Below, piece after piece: positions 37,985 to 49,800 of a DNA stretch of 64,000 nucleotides; position 1 is the stretch's first letter; each line of letters begins with the position of its first letter. This stretch comes from Amoebophrya sp. A120. Lineage: Eukaryota; Protista; Dinoflagellata. Location: assembly GCA_905178155.1 (NCBI GenBank), contig CAJINV010000005.1:3168833-3232832 (forward strand), in the 5' to 3' direction. Made by a program: the position numbers and the translations under genes. Under the pieces are notes generated by a model. The model ran no database searches. It was given only the letters and a program-made list of their open reading frames with translations, and had not been told where the DNA came from.

Positions 37985-40900
37985 ATGCGGTCGGCGTTGC
38001 TCGTCGCGGGGGCCACCGCGACGGGGCTCGTTTCTTCCGTTAGCGGCAATGACAAGATCGCGAAAGTGGTGACGATGCTGGAGGACAAAAAAACGGAAGT
38101 ACAGGGCAACGTGGACGTCATGAAAACCCAGTGGGCGTCTTTCAAGACATGGTGCGACAGCACGTTTGCCAACACGCAGGAAGACATTGACAACTTCTCG
38201 ACAGAGATAAAGCGACTGGATGCTGACATCGCGGGAAAGGAGCAACTGATAGTAAAATCACAAACGGCCATTGACACGGCCACGACAGAAGCGTTTAAGG
38301 ACAAGAAGGACGTGGCAGGTATGAAGAATTGTGCGGTCCTTCTCTCATTTTTAAAGAAGGAGAATAAAAGCTGACATGCAGTTCTAGCAGTTCAGTTCTA
38401 AACAACTTTTTATACGCAGCTTTTATTGATGTCGTTGATCGTATCGATGGAACATCACAATGCATCTATCACACAAAGCTATGGAGAAAGTAAGGGAAGC
38501 AGAGAAGAGCGCCTTCGTCGCTGCAGAAACTGAGCTCAACGACAGCGTATGTTCGTGTGAAGACGATTTTTCTCCTCTCGTTCTCCGTTATACATTTAGG
38601 GATCATCGTCATGAACATGATCCCTTCGTGTGCAGCATTTACTTGTGGTTTTGCAACCTAAAGAGATTCGACACCTCACGAGAACTACGTCAAGAAAGAT
38701 CCTTTCACACCAAGTGCATAGACTATCTACGCGTGCGAGAAAGCCCGCGAAACCCTCCAGGCCACGCCGGACGCCAGTCCCGTCGCGGCAGAGTCGCTGT
38801 TGCAGCTGGCCAGCAAAGTTCCCTTCGGCACCACGAAAAGCAGTCACAAGGAGATGATCATGAACCTGTTGGAAATGGCCCAGGCACCCGCCGCGGGCAT
38901 TCCCACGCAGAAGGTGCAACAGCCGCAGGCCACGGAATACGCCATCACGCGCAACAAGGGCACCGACAAGGTGATTTCCCTGTTGGAGGAACTGCAGGAC
39001 GAGTATCCATAAAAAAGATCCCTTTCCATCCAATGTGTCATGCAGAACGTGCCTAAAGCTAAAACGAATGGGGATGGTTTTTTTTCTGTGGATAACAAGT
39101 TCGAAGGCGAGCTGAAGGAACTCCAGTCCGCCGAGACCAAGAACATCCAAAGTTTTGAGATGCAATCAGCCGCGACAAAGGAACACTTGCGGATCCAGAA
39201 GGAGATCATCGCCGACGAGACCGCGGTCCGCACAAACAACGAAGCGGAGAAGGGAGAGCTGGAGCAGAGCCTGACTTCGAACAAAAACTCTTTGTCCGAA
39301 TCGAAGAAGTACCTCAAGGAAACAAGCCAGGAGTGCACGCAGAAGGCCGCGGACTTCATTGCGGCGCAAAACAGCATGCAGGAGGAGATGACGGCGATCG
39401 ACAAGGCCGTGGAGATCATGTCCGGCACCGCGGTCATACGCATTGCAAACACGTCTGGGACTGGATTGCGAAATTTTAAGGACGATGAGGAATTGTGATG
39501 CGTGAATGTGATTGGGCAGTTTTTTTTTGTCATGCTGATGTGAAACTCAGCAATGATTCCAAGCAAGAAATTTGTGATGCGTAGGTGCTGGACAAAAGAA
39601 CACTGTGCCATGCATGACTCAGCAACACAAACTTGTTGCGTCTCTCCAGACCCAGATCGATATTTGCTTTTCATAGTTCACTACCGGCGGCAAGAATCTC
39701 GCTTCCGAAGCCTCCGCGCAAGTCTTTCTGCAGCTGGCAACCACGTCGAAGCACTTCAACAACGCTAAGATTGCGGCGTTTTTGAAATCTGCGTCCCTGA
39801 AGGAGAACAGCCGGCTGCTGATGCAGCTGGCGGCCATGTCGCAGGACGGGCCGTTTGACAAGGTGATATGACAGTGCACAACTCCCCCTCCCCCTTATTT
39901 GTATAGCATGAACGGCAATACAAGCATCATCAAGAGCGCCGGTTCTGCGTGACAAATTTACACCCGCTGGAGTGTAGTGCGATTTGGGCTACCAGGACTT
40001 GTGATGCAAACACTGCCAAGGGGAACCGACTGGGCTTGGGATTTTGCATGACAAATGAGGGCATGTTCGCAGTGCCTTGTGCACCCCTCGGACCCCGCAC
40101 CCCCCCGGGCTTTAGCTGCGCAGTCTGTTAAGTATGACAAACGAGGGGTAGGGGGGGCTGTGCACTTCCATAGGTGAAGGGGTTGATCGAGAAGGAAATC
40201 AAGAAGCTGCAGGAAGTATGGATTGCAAAAATGTCGGGGTCTGGAAGATTGCAACTTGTAATGCTGTCTTTAGATCCCAAAAAAATCTGCATTGCATGAT
40301 CAGCAACAGGACTCCAGTTTGTGTTACGCGGAGAGGGCATTTTTCATGCGGAATAGGCACTAGGAAGGCCTCTAAAAATCTGTGTTGCTAGATCATGCAT
40401 TAGAGGCATCAATCATCATACAAAATATGCATGACAAGTTTACACTTTTCCAGACCCAGACATTTTTGCACTTGATAGGAGGAGGTGATGCAGCGGCAAA
40501 CGGAGAAGAACTGGTGCGACAAGGAATATCCGAGAAGAAAATGTGTTAGTGTAACTTTCCTTGGCTGACAGCATCACAAATTTGCTCTACACAACAGAGA
40601 CAACCTGTCATGCGTGGCTTGTAAGGGAAAACCCTCGACGTGAAGAGAGGACTTCATGGTTGTGCGGCATGACAGGTGTGCGTCTGTTGCATGTTCTGCA
40701 TTACAGAGTGAGACTTACACAGTTTTTGTCTTGGACAAGGAACAGGCGGCGAACAACCGCAAGATCGAAAAGTTCACCACGGAGAAAGAGGACCAGACCA
40801 CCGCCGTGGAGTCGCTCATATCAAAGGCAAATATGTCTGGGTCCTCTGGAAAGAATGGGACTTGTGATGCTAGCTGTCGATCACACAAAAATCTGTATTG

Positions 40901-42307
40901 CTATTCTTGCAAGAGAGGCAAAAGACACTCAGATTGTTGCCCCCCGGAGAGGGCATTTCTCATGCAGGATAGGCCTGAGCAAACGTTTGCGAAAGCTGTG
41001 ATGCTAGAGCCTGCCTCACAGGCATCCATCGGGAGCCATGTCTATTGTCTATTGTACAATTTGCATGACAAACTCCCCAAACCTTCCAGACCCAGACATA
41101 TTTGCAATGCATGCCTCACCGTCCGCGGCGAAACGCTGGAGGAAGAGATCGCGGAGCTGACCAAGTCTATCAAGGACAAGAAGAACGCCATGAACGAGGC
41201 GACGTCGATATTACAGTGAAAAATGCTTCCACCCCGGAATTTGAAAAAGTTTGTGTTTGTCATTGACAAAGTTTCCCAAGTCAAAGTTTTTTGTCTTGCA
41301 TGAGGGGATGATTCCGGGCCTTTCTGATGCAGAATCTAGGTGCGCAAGGGGTCTTTTGCATCACAGACCCGGCTACTGTTGGGGTCTTATGCAATACAAA
41401 TCTTTGCTATTCGCGATTGCAAACCTGTGATGCGGATAGATGCAAGCGGGTGAGTGTTTCATTTTGAAAGGTTTGCAATACAAATGCTCCCAAGTTCGGG
41501 GGTGGGGGCATTTTTCAGTGTAATAGTCGAACCGATTGGCGGAGAAGAAGGAGAACGAACGGATCATTTCCGAGTCCCGGGACGCAGAGGAGGCGGTCAA
41601 GAACGCCATCGCGGTTTTGACGGAGTACTACGGCGAGTCCGGCATCGGCGGCACTGCGCTGGTGCAGGAGGGCCAGAGCCCGAAGCCGGACTTTGCGGGC
41701 GGCGAGTACAGTTCCTCCGGGGAGGGCATTCTGGGCATGCTCACCACGATCGAGGCGGACTTTTCGACGACCGCCTCGGAAACGGAGGCGGAGGAGGGCT
41801 CCGCGCAGGAGGCATACGAGAAGTTCATGAAAGAAAGCAAGGTAGATGTGTTCGGAAATTTTTTTTTCACTGCAAGACAAACTTTTCTTTTTGTCCTCAC
41901 ATGCATGATAAACTCAAATTACATTACTTTCTGGTCGCATTGCAGTGCTGGGAAAACTTGTGACTGTAGTTTATGCTTTTACAAAACGCTGCTCGATTTT
42001 CACTTGCAATTAGACATTCATGCTTACATCATTTCACCAATTGCAGATCTTCCTCGCCGGCGCTGGCCCGGACCTCGAGAACAGCAAGTCGAAACTCGCC
42101 GAGACTAAACAGTCGCTTTTGGACGCACAGGACGCCGCGAAGGCCGCGACCGAGAACTTGGCCGCAGAGACGGAGTACAAGAACAAAACCATCGATCCAA
42201 AGTGCGTCAAAACCGGCGTTTCCGCGGAAGAGCGACAAGCCAAGCGTGACGCCGAAATCCAGAGTCTGAAAGAGGCCCTGCAAATTTTGAGTCAGACGGC
42301 GCCTTAG
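37985..42307 (+). CDS. Secreted coiled-coil protein of a dinoflagellate-type family (possibly trichocyst-matrix-like); 7 introners plus 3 GT-AG introns
   Basis: Signal peptide; IAKVVTMLED...FKTWCD, VFLQL, GPFDKVKGLIEKEIKKLQEE...WCDKE, GILGMLTTIEADF, EERQAKRDAEIQSLKEALQILS; frame traced across all junctions. Functional label is inference. Confidence 0.8.
39004..39094. mobile_element. Mini-introner (91 bp)
   Basis: TATCCATAAAAAAG / TTTTTTTCTGTGGATA; flanks ACGAG/ACAAG; 96-nt removal keeps frame and removes an in-frame stop. Confidence 0.8.
39437..39675. mobile_element. Introner, family A, degenerate (239 bp)
   Basis: TACGCATTGCAAACACGTCTGGGACTGGA / TCCAGACCCAGATCGATATTTGCTTTTCATA; flanks GGTCA/GTTCA. 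Confidence 0.8.
39867..40172. mobile_element. Introner, family F (306 bp)
   Basis: TATGACAGTGCACAACTCCCCCTCCCCCT / AGGGGTAGGGGGGGCTGTGCACTTCCATA; perfect DR GGTGA. Confidence 0.88.
40217..40477. mobile_element. Introner, family A (261 bp)
   Basis: Family A TIR; flanks GGAAG/GGAGG. Confidence 0.9.
40527..40737. mobile_element. Introner, family C (211 bp; right end ACA)
   Basis: Family C TIR; perfect DR AGGAA. Confidence 0.85.
40819..41113. mobile_element. Introner, family A (295 bp; right end ATG)
   Basis: Family A TIR; flanks GCTCA/CCTCA. Confidence 0.88.
41209..41525. mobile_element. Introner, family D-like (317 bp)
   Basis: TATTACAGTGAAAAATGCTTCCACCCCGGAA / TTCGGGGGTGGGGGCATTTTTCAGTGTAATA; perfect DR GTCGA. 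Confidence 0.9.
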
Positions 42308-42497
42308 GAGGGTGTGGACATTTTACTAAAACACGACGCGGTGAAGATAGTTGTAATGAAGTCCTCCGGCGTCTGATTCCATGTTATTATCGCGAAAGTG
42401 CAGCTCTAGAGGCTACAACTTTTCGGGTTGCGACGACGAGCGTTTCACATCGTTTCTGTCCAATACAAACCATCGCGTGGTAAAGTACTGCACACCG

Positions 42498-42586
42498 AAT
42501 CTTTTCTAAATACTTCGCAACTTGGCTTTCGATAATCTTTTCTAAATACTTCGCAACTTTATAATCTTTTCTAAATACTTCGCAAC
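42498..42586. repeat. Three near-tandem copies of AATCTTTTCTAAATACTTCGCAAC
   Basis: Directly visible, intergenic. Confidence 0.85.
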
Positions 42587-43750
42587 AAAATTTTAGAACT
42601 TTTTTCTTCGCAATGTGGACACTAAGTACTCAAATTCAACCCTCGTGTTTGTGTTGGAAAGAACTGGTAGAAGTGGTGCGCGCGCAATTCGGAATGGTTG
42701 CTTTTCATTGTATGATGCGTCAAACATTTGGCCTCTCCCTGCGCTAACATTCGAAAATTTTACGGGCTGCTTTTTGCGGTAAAATGTGGATGAGCGAAGA
42801 TGAAAGTTATATCATCTGTGTCAAAGCGAACTGCCCAAGAGAAGAACGCGACAAAGCCTGTTCTCGTGATGGATTCCAAGCAGAATTTCAATACGCTCTG
42901 ACACCATGGTTCTTGGGATGCCAGGATGATTATCTCGTCATTGAGGGCACAGTGCAGTCGGTTCGTTGCGAACTACGTGGGCTGTACATGTCTGGTTGTG
43001 GCAGCATCGGTCTAGACGACTCGTTGTGGTTGTGGTAGATTTTTTTTTGCTTTCCAATCAGAAGATCCAGAAGTCCGTGTCCACTTAAGTGCCTGTGTCA
43101 GTTCTTCGTGCGTCACTGATCAATCAATAGTCACCTGGGTCGGTCGCTGACCGCGAGTTGTTGAAATCGATGCTGTCTCGGTTTAAGTTGCATCGCTTTG
43201 ACGATACGGCGGTGACGCTCACGCTAAAGCAGACCAATATTGGCTGAAGGGGGGATCGGTCAGATAGGATCCACGGCGGACCTCTTGCTGGACCGTTGGA
43301 GCCGGGATAGAAAGTCGAATTTGTGCTGCGTGTTGTAGTTGACAGCGGAATTTGGACAAAGTCGTAATAATCGTCGGTCACCTTTCCCGTCGTGTTTTTT
43401 CGTCTCAGCAGTAGAAGTAAGTCTTTGTCGCGTTCTAAACCCTATGATGGTCTATCCTGCACCATTCGAAACACGCACGCAGGTAGCAGCTGATTTTTTT
43501 CTGCGTGAAAAATTTGATAATTGAAAATGACGGTGTCTACCACACGAGGCGGGCTACATATGACAAGAGAAAAAAGCGTCTCTTGCATCAGCTCGACGTT
43601 GGCATTTTTACATGGTCTTGGATTTTCCACTAAAACAAGGAATGCATGCTACAACAACGAAAACGACAGAAAGGCGCACGTTTCCATGTGGACGTGTCGT
43701 CGGTCTGTTTTTTTTTCTTGCGCAAGTAAGTAGGTAGCACCTCTCGTTTT

Positions 43751-46700
43751 TTGGAAAAGTGTGCCCACGACGCTTTTGCTATTCTCTTGTCCATAGCTCG
43801 GGATATCACCAACACCTCACAAGAGCACGAGCTGGATCTCGTCAACAACAAGCAGGTCCTTGGTAACGCGCAACTTCCCAATGGCGCTTCCCAGCTGGAC
43901 CCGAAAGACCAGGTCGGCGGGGGGAACGTGAAGCGCGCAAACAAGAGGAGATCGGTGTCGGGAGGTCACAACGCGGATCACGCGAGCAAAACTGGTGCTG
44001 GCGGCACTTCTTCCTCAACAGCGTCTCAGCCATCGATAGAACAGCCGTTGTCAGATCCACAAGAAGTGGAGGACTATGCGCGCGACATATACACCTTCCT
44101 GTGCAACAAGGAGAAGACGGACGACATGAGGGTAAGTACTTACTATGTTTAGCGGCTTTTATGTCATTCGACCGCAACGGTAGAAAGAGAAACAGAAACT
44201 GAAACCCATCTGTGATGTCTGTCTCTGTCTTGCAGGTGTGCCGCACAGGAGATGCATCTGATCTACAAGTTAAATTCGCCATGCAGATGCAGTGTGTAGA
44301 ACAGGCAATTTGAAGATGAAGTATCGTCCTCATGCGATCCGGTTTCTATTTTGGAACAACTAAAAAAACCAGATAAATTCGGCGTTTCTCGAGGGAGCAG
44401 CGGAGGTATCAACAAGGATGCGGGGAATACTACTGGACTGGCTCATCGAGGTGCACTACAAATTCAAGTTGCTTTATGCCATGAAATAAATCTTGAGCGA
44501 ACAAGGAATCTGCAAATTTTTATCTTTGTCATTCGTGTTGAGTGCAACTTTAACCGAAGGCATAGCTAGGTGAGAGATAGATCATGCTGAACGAAGCCCA
44601 GGCCTCGGGCCCTCGAATTATTTTTCCTGCCCGATGACATCGCACATGCTTATGCAAAGATGCGAAAAATCTATGGCTTCGCTCAAGATTGCGCTAGGAT
44701 CGTTTGCCCGAGACGCTGTATCTGTGTGTGAATCTGATTTTATCCTGTGTGACAAGCTACTTCCATTCTTCCGGCCGGTAGATAACGTATGACGAGAGCT
44801 GGATTTATTTGTCATGGCGGCGCTGCAGCAAGGCCAGAGCCAGAAGCTGAAAATGCTTCACTTTTATTTGCATGGGACTGACTTGTTGTGCTAGATCCAC
44901 TTAAAAGTGCTGTAATTTGTTGTTTTCGTGGTCGTCGTGATGTTTGAAGGACAAACCGCACCAGAAACAAAGTGAGTGGAATACATTCTTTCGCATCATT
45001 CATGTTGCGAAAGAAAACATAGTGAATTTTATCAAGAGAACGTCCTTGAGGACGGAACAGAAGTAGTTTTCACAAGCGATACCTCGACCGGTATCTCCAG
45101 CGGGACCGGGCCATCCCAAAAAGGAGATTGCAACTGATGGGGGGAACATGTAATTTTTTTTTCTCGTCGCTAAGTGTAAGTAGGACTAGGATCATCCTGT
45201 TGCTAGTTTTTCAGCGCCAGTATTTGCAAGTTCGTCTACTTCGTGCTCAGATTCGAGTTAGAGAATATGAATAGCAGAGCCTGAGGACATGATCATGTTC
45301 ATGATATCAAATAAAATATGAAATCAATGACTCAGCATCAGCGTGGTTTGTTTCTACATCCTCCCAGGTATGCTGATCGCGGCGAAGTATGAGGAATACC
45401 GACCACCAGAGGTGATATCAATTGTAAAAATTTCTGGGTCTGGAAGAATGCAACTTGTGATGCTGCGTCAAGATTCCAAAAAAATCTGTATTGCATGAGT
45501 ACCAAAGGGAATGCAATTTTTGCTACGCTGAGAAGGCATTTGTCATGCGGAATAGGCATCAAGAAGCCTTCAAAAGATCTGTATTGCTAGGGTATGCATC
45601 ACAGACGTCAGGGCTCATGCAAAACGTGCATGACAGATCTCGCATTCTTCCAGACCCAGACATTTTTCCATTTGATAGGTGAAGGAAATCTGCTACATCA
45701 TGGACAACGCGTACAAGATATCCCACAGAAAAAAGAGGCTAGAATATCACATCTGTACGGCCCATGACAGTTTTTTCTGTTTCTTATTCTCTATTTTCGC
45801 GGTACATACAACTACAATTACAAATCCAAATCCAAATCCCATCGTATGAATACGTACTACTGATATGCTAGCGCTTTTCTGTGGGATACAAGCGGGAAGA
45901 CGTACTAGAGATGGAAGTCCAAATCCTGAACACACTGGTACGGGGTCGCTCTTTGAACTACTACAAGACCCGTAAAGAAGATTTGTGATGCAAACCTGCG
46001 AGAAGCGATTGACGTACTTCTTGTTATCCAAGAGGCGGCAAAATTCTTTTTTCAAATCCTGCGAAGATGAAACTTTTTACCCAACACAGAAATTCTCCAT
46101 CACAAGTGCAAGTCCGCTGCAGTTCCTGGATTTCTACGCCAAGGGATATTGTGCACGAGAAAGCGAGATCCACTCTCTCGCTCAGTTCTGCCTCGAATGC
46201 TGCATAACCGACCCCGTGATGAACTCGTATTTTGGATTACTGATTTCAAATATAATCCCCCTACTTTGTTTGAATTTGACAATAAGAACAAATGAAAACG
46301 CGTGGACACAGTTTTCCCCGTCGACGTACTCATGATCTTTCTGCATGATCTAGCAGACTCCAAAAGCACAAAGGTATCTCCCGTCACAACTTGCCGGTGT
46401 GGCACTCTACGCCGCGGAGCGCATGATGCAAGGCAAGGTCGGGACGCCGGTGAGTGACAACGCAACGCCGGCAACGCCGGGGAGCTGCAGCATGAAACTC
46501 CTCAGCGAAATGGAGGAAAAGCTGATCGGGGTACTGACTATTATAGGGATCATAGTACACTGTGTTAATCTTGATATAGTCACACGATCATTTTTTTTTC
46601 AAGCCATGTTTCATTCTAGCAGGTGCTGCTGCGGCGCTAGGAGGATGCATGAGGTCAGAGGTTCAAGCAGTTGAAGTGGTGAAAGTCTACTTTTTTCTCC

Positions 46701-46817
46701 TCTCAGGTAATAGAAGTGCAGAAGGACAAAGCGCTGGGCAAGAAGTACGCAAAGGAACGCTACAAGAACGTGATGCAATATGTGCGCCGTTCCTTCGACA
46801 TGCCCTGCGAGCAATAA
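43751..46817 (+). CDS. Mitotic (A/B-type) cyclin, paralogue 1; 5' end unresolved
   Basis: [99 protein letters not shown]; TAA at 46815-46817. Confidence 0.88.
44475..44701. mobile_element. Degenerate introner / non-canonical intron (227 bp)
   Basis: Starts TAT, ends ATC; residual inverted repeat ATCTTGAGCGAA/TTCGCTCAAGAT; removing element plus 5 nt gives KFKLLPETL; DR eroded. Confidence 0.65.
44741..45081. mobile_element. Degenerate introner / non-canonical intron (341 bp)
   Basis: TATCCTGTGTGACAAGCTACTTC / GAAGTAGTTTTCACAAGCGATA; 346-nt removal gives VNLIDRYL; DR eroded (GATTT/CCTCG). Confidence 0.72.
45416..45677. mobile_element. Introner, family A (262 bp)
   Basis: Family A TIR; perfect DR GGTGA. 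Confidence 0.92.
45719..45888. mobile_element. Introner with 14-bp perfect TIR (170 bp)
   Basis: TATCCCACAGAAAA / TTTTCTGTGGGATA; flanks CAAGA/CAAGC; removal restores NAYKREDVL. Confidence 0.88.
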
Positions 46818-49800
46818 GGAAAGGTGGAAAAGATACCGCTGTGGTCAATACTTTTCTTAATACTTCTTAGTTCACATTCATCATTTTTAGGTTTAGTGCA
46901 AACAGACAAGGAAGACAACTCATGTTTCAGATTTTCAGATTTCAACCGATTTTATGATTCTTTTCAGTTTGAGTTTCACAATAACAGGTCCAGATGTGTA
47001 GGTAAACAGCAGACAATGAATGATTCTGACATCATTAAAGCATGCAGTTTCATCAGAATTCAGATTTTCATTTGCAGAGACTCGTTTCCGATACTAGAGC
47101 AATCACAATTTCATGGTAAAAACTTGTATTTCAGTATGGTCACAGCACTGTTTGGCGGTTATGCTTTCATGTTTACTAACGTGGACGAACAAGAGCAAAA
47201 AACAGATTAGCAGCGACAATGGAGGCAAGGGCATTAGCATCAGTTATTGTCCCGTCTGGCGCTTCTACGTAGAACGAGGACAGTGTCTGTCCTTCTTCAG
47301 CAACAAATCATGAGAAAAACATCCACTCCTGTACACGCTTTGATGTTTATACAAATTCTACTTTTGTTGTACTGCTGTACCTGTATGTTTACGTAAAAAA
47401 CCTAAATGAATTTCATTAAGTAGGCACAGCTATCATGTAACATGTAAAAACGCGTTTGTTTCATCAGCAACGTGCAACATCTCCTGTTAGAGACAGACAA
47501 AAAGTGTAAAAATGCAAAAGGTGATGGTAAGCACGGAATACATGGTGCTTTCACGACCCTAGAGCAGTAGACATCCCGACGCACTTGGGTCATATTTTTA
47601 CTTCATGATTGAGCCATGTAAAATTGGAAATTCTGTCAAGTAAAAAGCGTACACAAAACTACCACAGCACAGCACTGTACAATCGGTAGACTATTGTAAA
47701 CAGCACCGCAGTTCTTACAAGAACTTGCTTCTGATGATTTGTATTCCACCTCTTCTGGTATATCTGTGTTTTCTCAGGTGTTTCGTTACAGGACTTCTCT
47801 TCACCGTACGTATAAATAACATGATGGCACCTACAGTGAATTGTAGGACGACGTGGAGATGGAACCAACAGAGAAAGAACCGTCTACTTTTTCTTGTTTT
47901 CAATTAGCATATTCCTCAGAAATGACTCCCCCTTTTATGATAGATACTTCTTAGATGCAACTACTAATTGTATACACGACGACTTCACAAATAAATATAA
48001 AATCGTGCTTCGTTACTAATGTTGACAATCCGGCGGCGCAATTACAGAAAAGAACCGTCACCTCCAGCAAAGGATGGACTCAGCCAGGCTGGTTTTTCGT
48101 CCCTGCCGCCGGTGATAGACTTCTGATCGATCCATGGTGGCATTTCTAATGTCCTGTATGATTTTGATATCCCAGAAAATGACGACTTCACATGCCGCAA
48201 GAAAGAAGACTTGCTGCAGTAGGTCCGTCACGAAAATTGAACACATTTGGCTGAAGCAGAAAGCAAAAATTATACACCAAAGCTCGCTCGCTCCGACCGG
48301 ACCCGGAGTGATATTTCCTGGTCGGCCGCTGGGAAAATTTTTGCTTTGTTGTTCGGCGCTGTTGGGTTTCTTTCTTTCGTGGCCCCTTTCGTCCGAAAAT
48401 TTCGATCGTCGCAAGAACTGGCGAGCGAGAAAAGGGAGAGAGACCTCGTTTTTCTGATCCAGAAGTACTTCGCACCGATTTTGTCTTGAGTCTCGTCTGT
48501 TCTAGCTTTCGATCCTCTAACAGCTTCCATCGCTCGAGAACTACCTGAGTCGGTGACTACATGATCACTTGCTTCGTGTAAATCGATCCTGACCGTGGTA
48601 GTCAGCTTCGTCCTCCACAGAGGACTGCATCGGCGAAGAAGTTGTTGTAGAAGTCCATAATTAGTCTTCGTATAGATTTTCGTCGTCGTCGTGCTCATCG
48701 CGAGGGCAAGAATCAGACTACTTCTTCAATGAAAATCGTTTTGAAGATTCGTCGTCGACATCGATGAAAATCCCAACATCGAAATGATTTTTATTACTCG
48801 TGTTTGTGTGTGAAGATGTCTTGTACCATAAGACGAGGACGGGGTTCGTTTGTGAAAAGCGCGTTTTTGATGCGATAGAAAACGGAACGCGAGGCGGTCC
48901 TGGCCTGGTGGCTCTGTAATGTGTCGATTTTCTACACCCTATTGCATTCTTCAAAACAACAGATTTTTTTTTCTGTATGGAACGTAGATACGAACTGCAC
49001 TACAGCAGGAAGCTTAAGTGGAGCGATCTATGCTGATGTACCTGCGCCAGTCATTTGTTCTACCAGCTATTTAGTTTTGATTTTGAGCTTTAGCTATCGA
49101 AGAAGACTGAAGAAATAGAATCGAAAGACGAGAAAGTAGTCGAAGACGAAGTCTTTGCAGGAGCTGGTGCAGTAGTCTTCTTTTCGTATAACCAGTACTA
49201 CGCGCTGTTTGAAGTTGTTATTGGCAAATATTGCACAGGGGCCCGTTCTTGCAGCAATTGTACACTTCTTTATCTAATAAAAAGCCGGGCTTCAACATCT
49301 TACTTCATGTTTTCGTGTTCTGTTGCCGTTTGAGACAGAGCTAGCTAGGTTAGACAGCTCTCCTGCATTTTAATCCTGAAACGCATACAGGTTTTTATGA
49401 ATCTCCTGAACTTTTTCGTCTACTGTGTGTTTCGAAGTGTTATAGAAGATGATTTTTACGGAGAAGAGGATACAAGTACCCAACCTCAGCTGCTGACTTG
49501 AGCAGAAGGTTGTGGAGAAGATTTTACCTGAGATATTGCCACCCGTAGCCTACTGCCTGCTGTTGAAGACGAGCTGACAGGTCGACCCTCTTGAGCGCAC
49601 TACTTTTAAGCTTACCGAAGAAAGACGAGTTTTGCTGTTGCCAAGGATAACTTCCACACAACCTCCGGGATAATAAGTATCCATGCCTGGCTGTACTGAC
49701 GCAGAAAATAACTTTCGTTTAAAATTTTGGACCACACGGACCATATAAAACGATTGATGTTTGGTGCATAAGGAGCTTTTGACCAATTCCAATTCTATGG

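Noticed and set aside
49542-49550. CCCGTAGCC resembling the start of the dinoflagellate spliced leader
   Set aside because: The match stops after 9 nt, as expected by chance.
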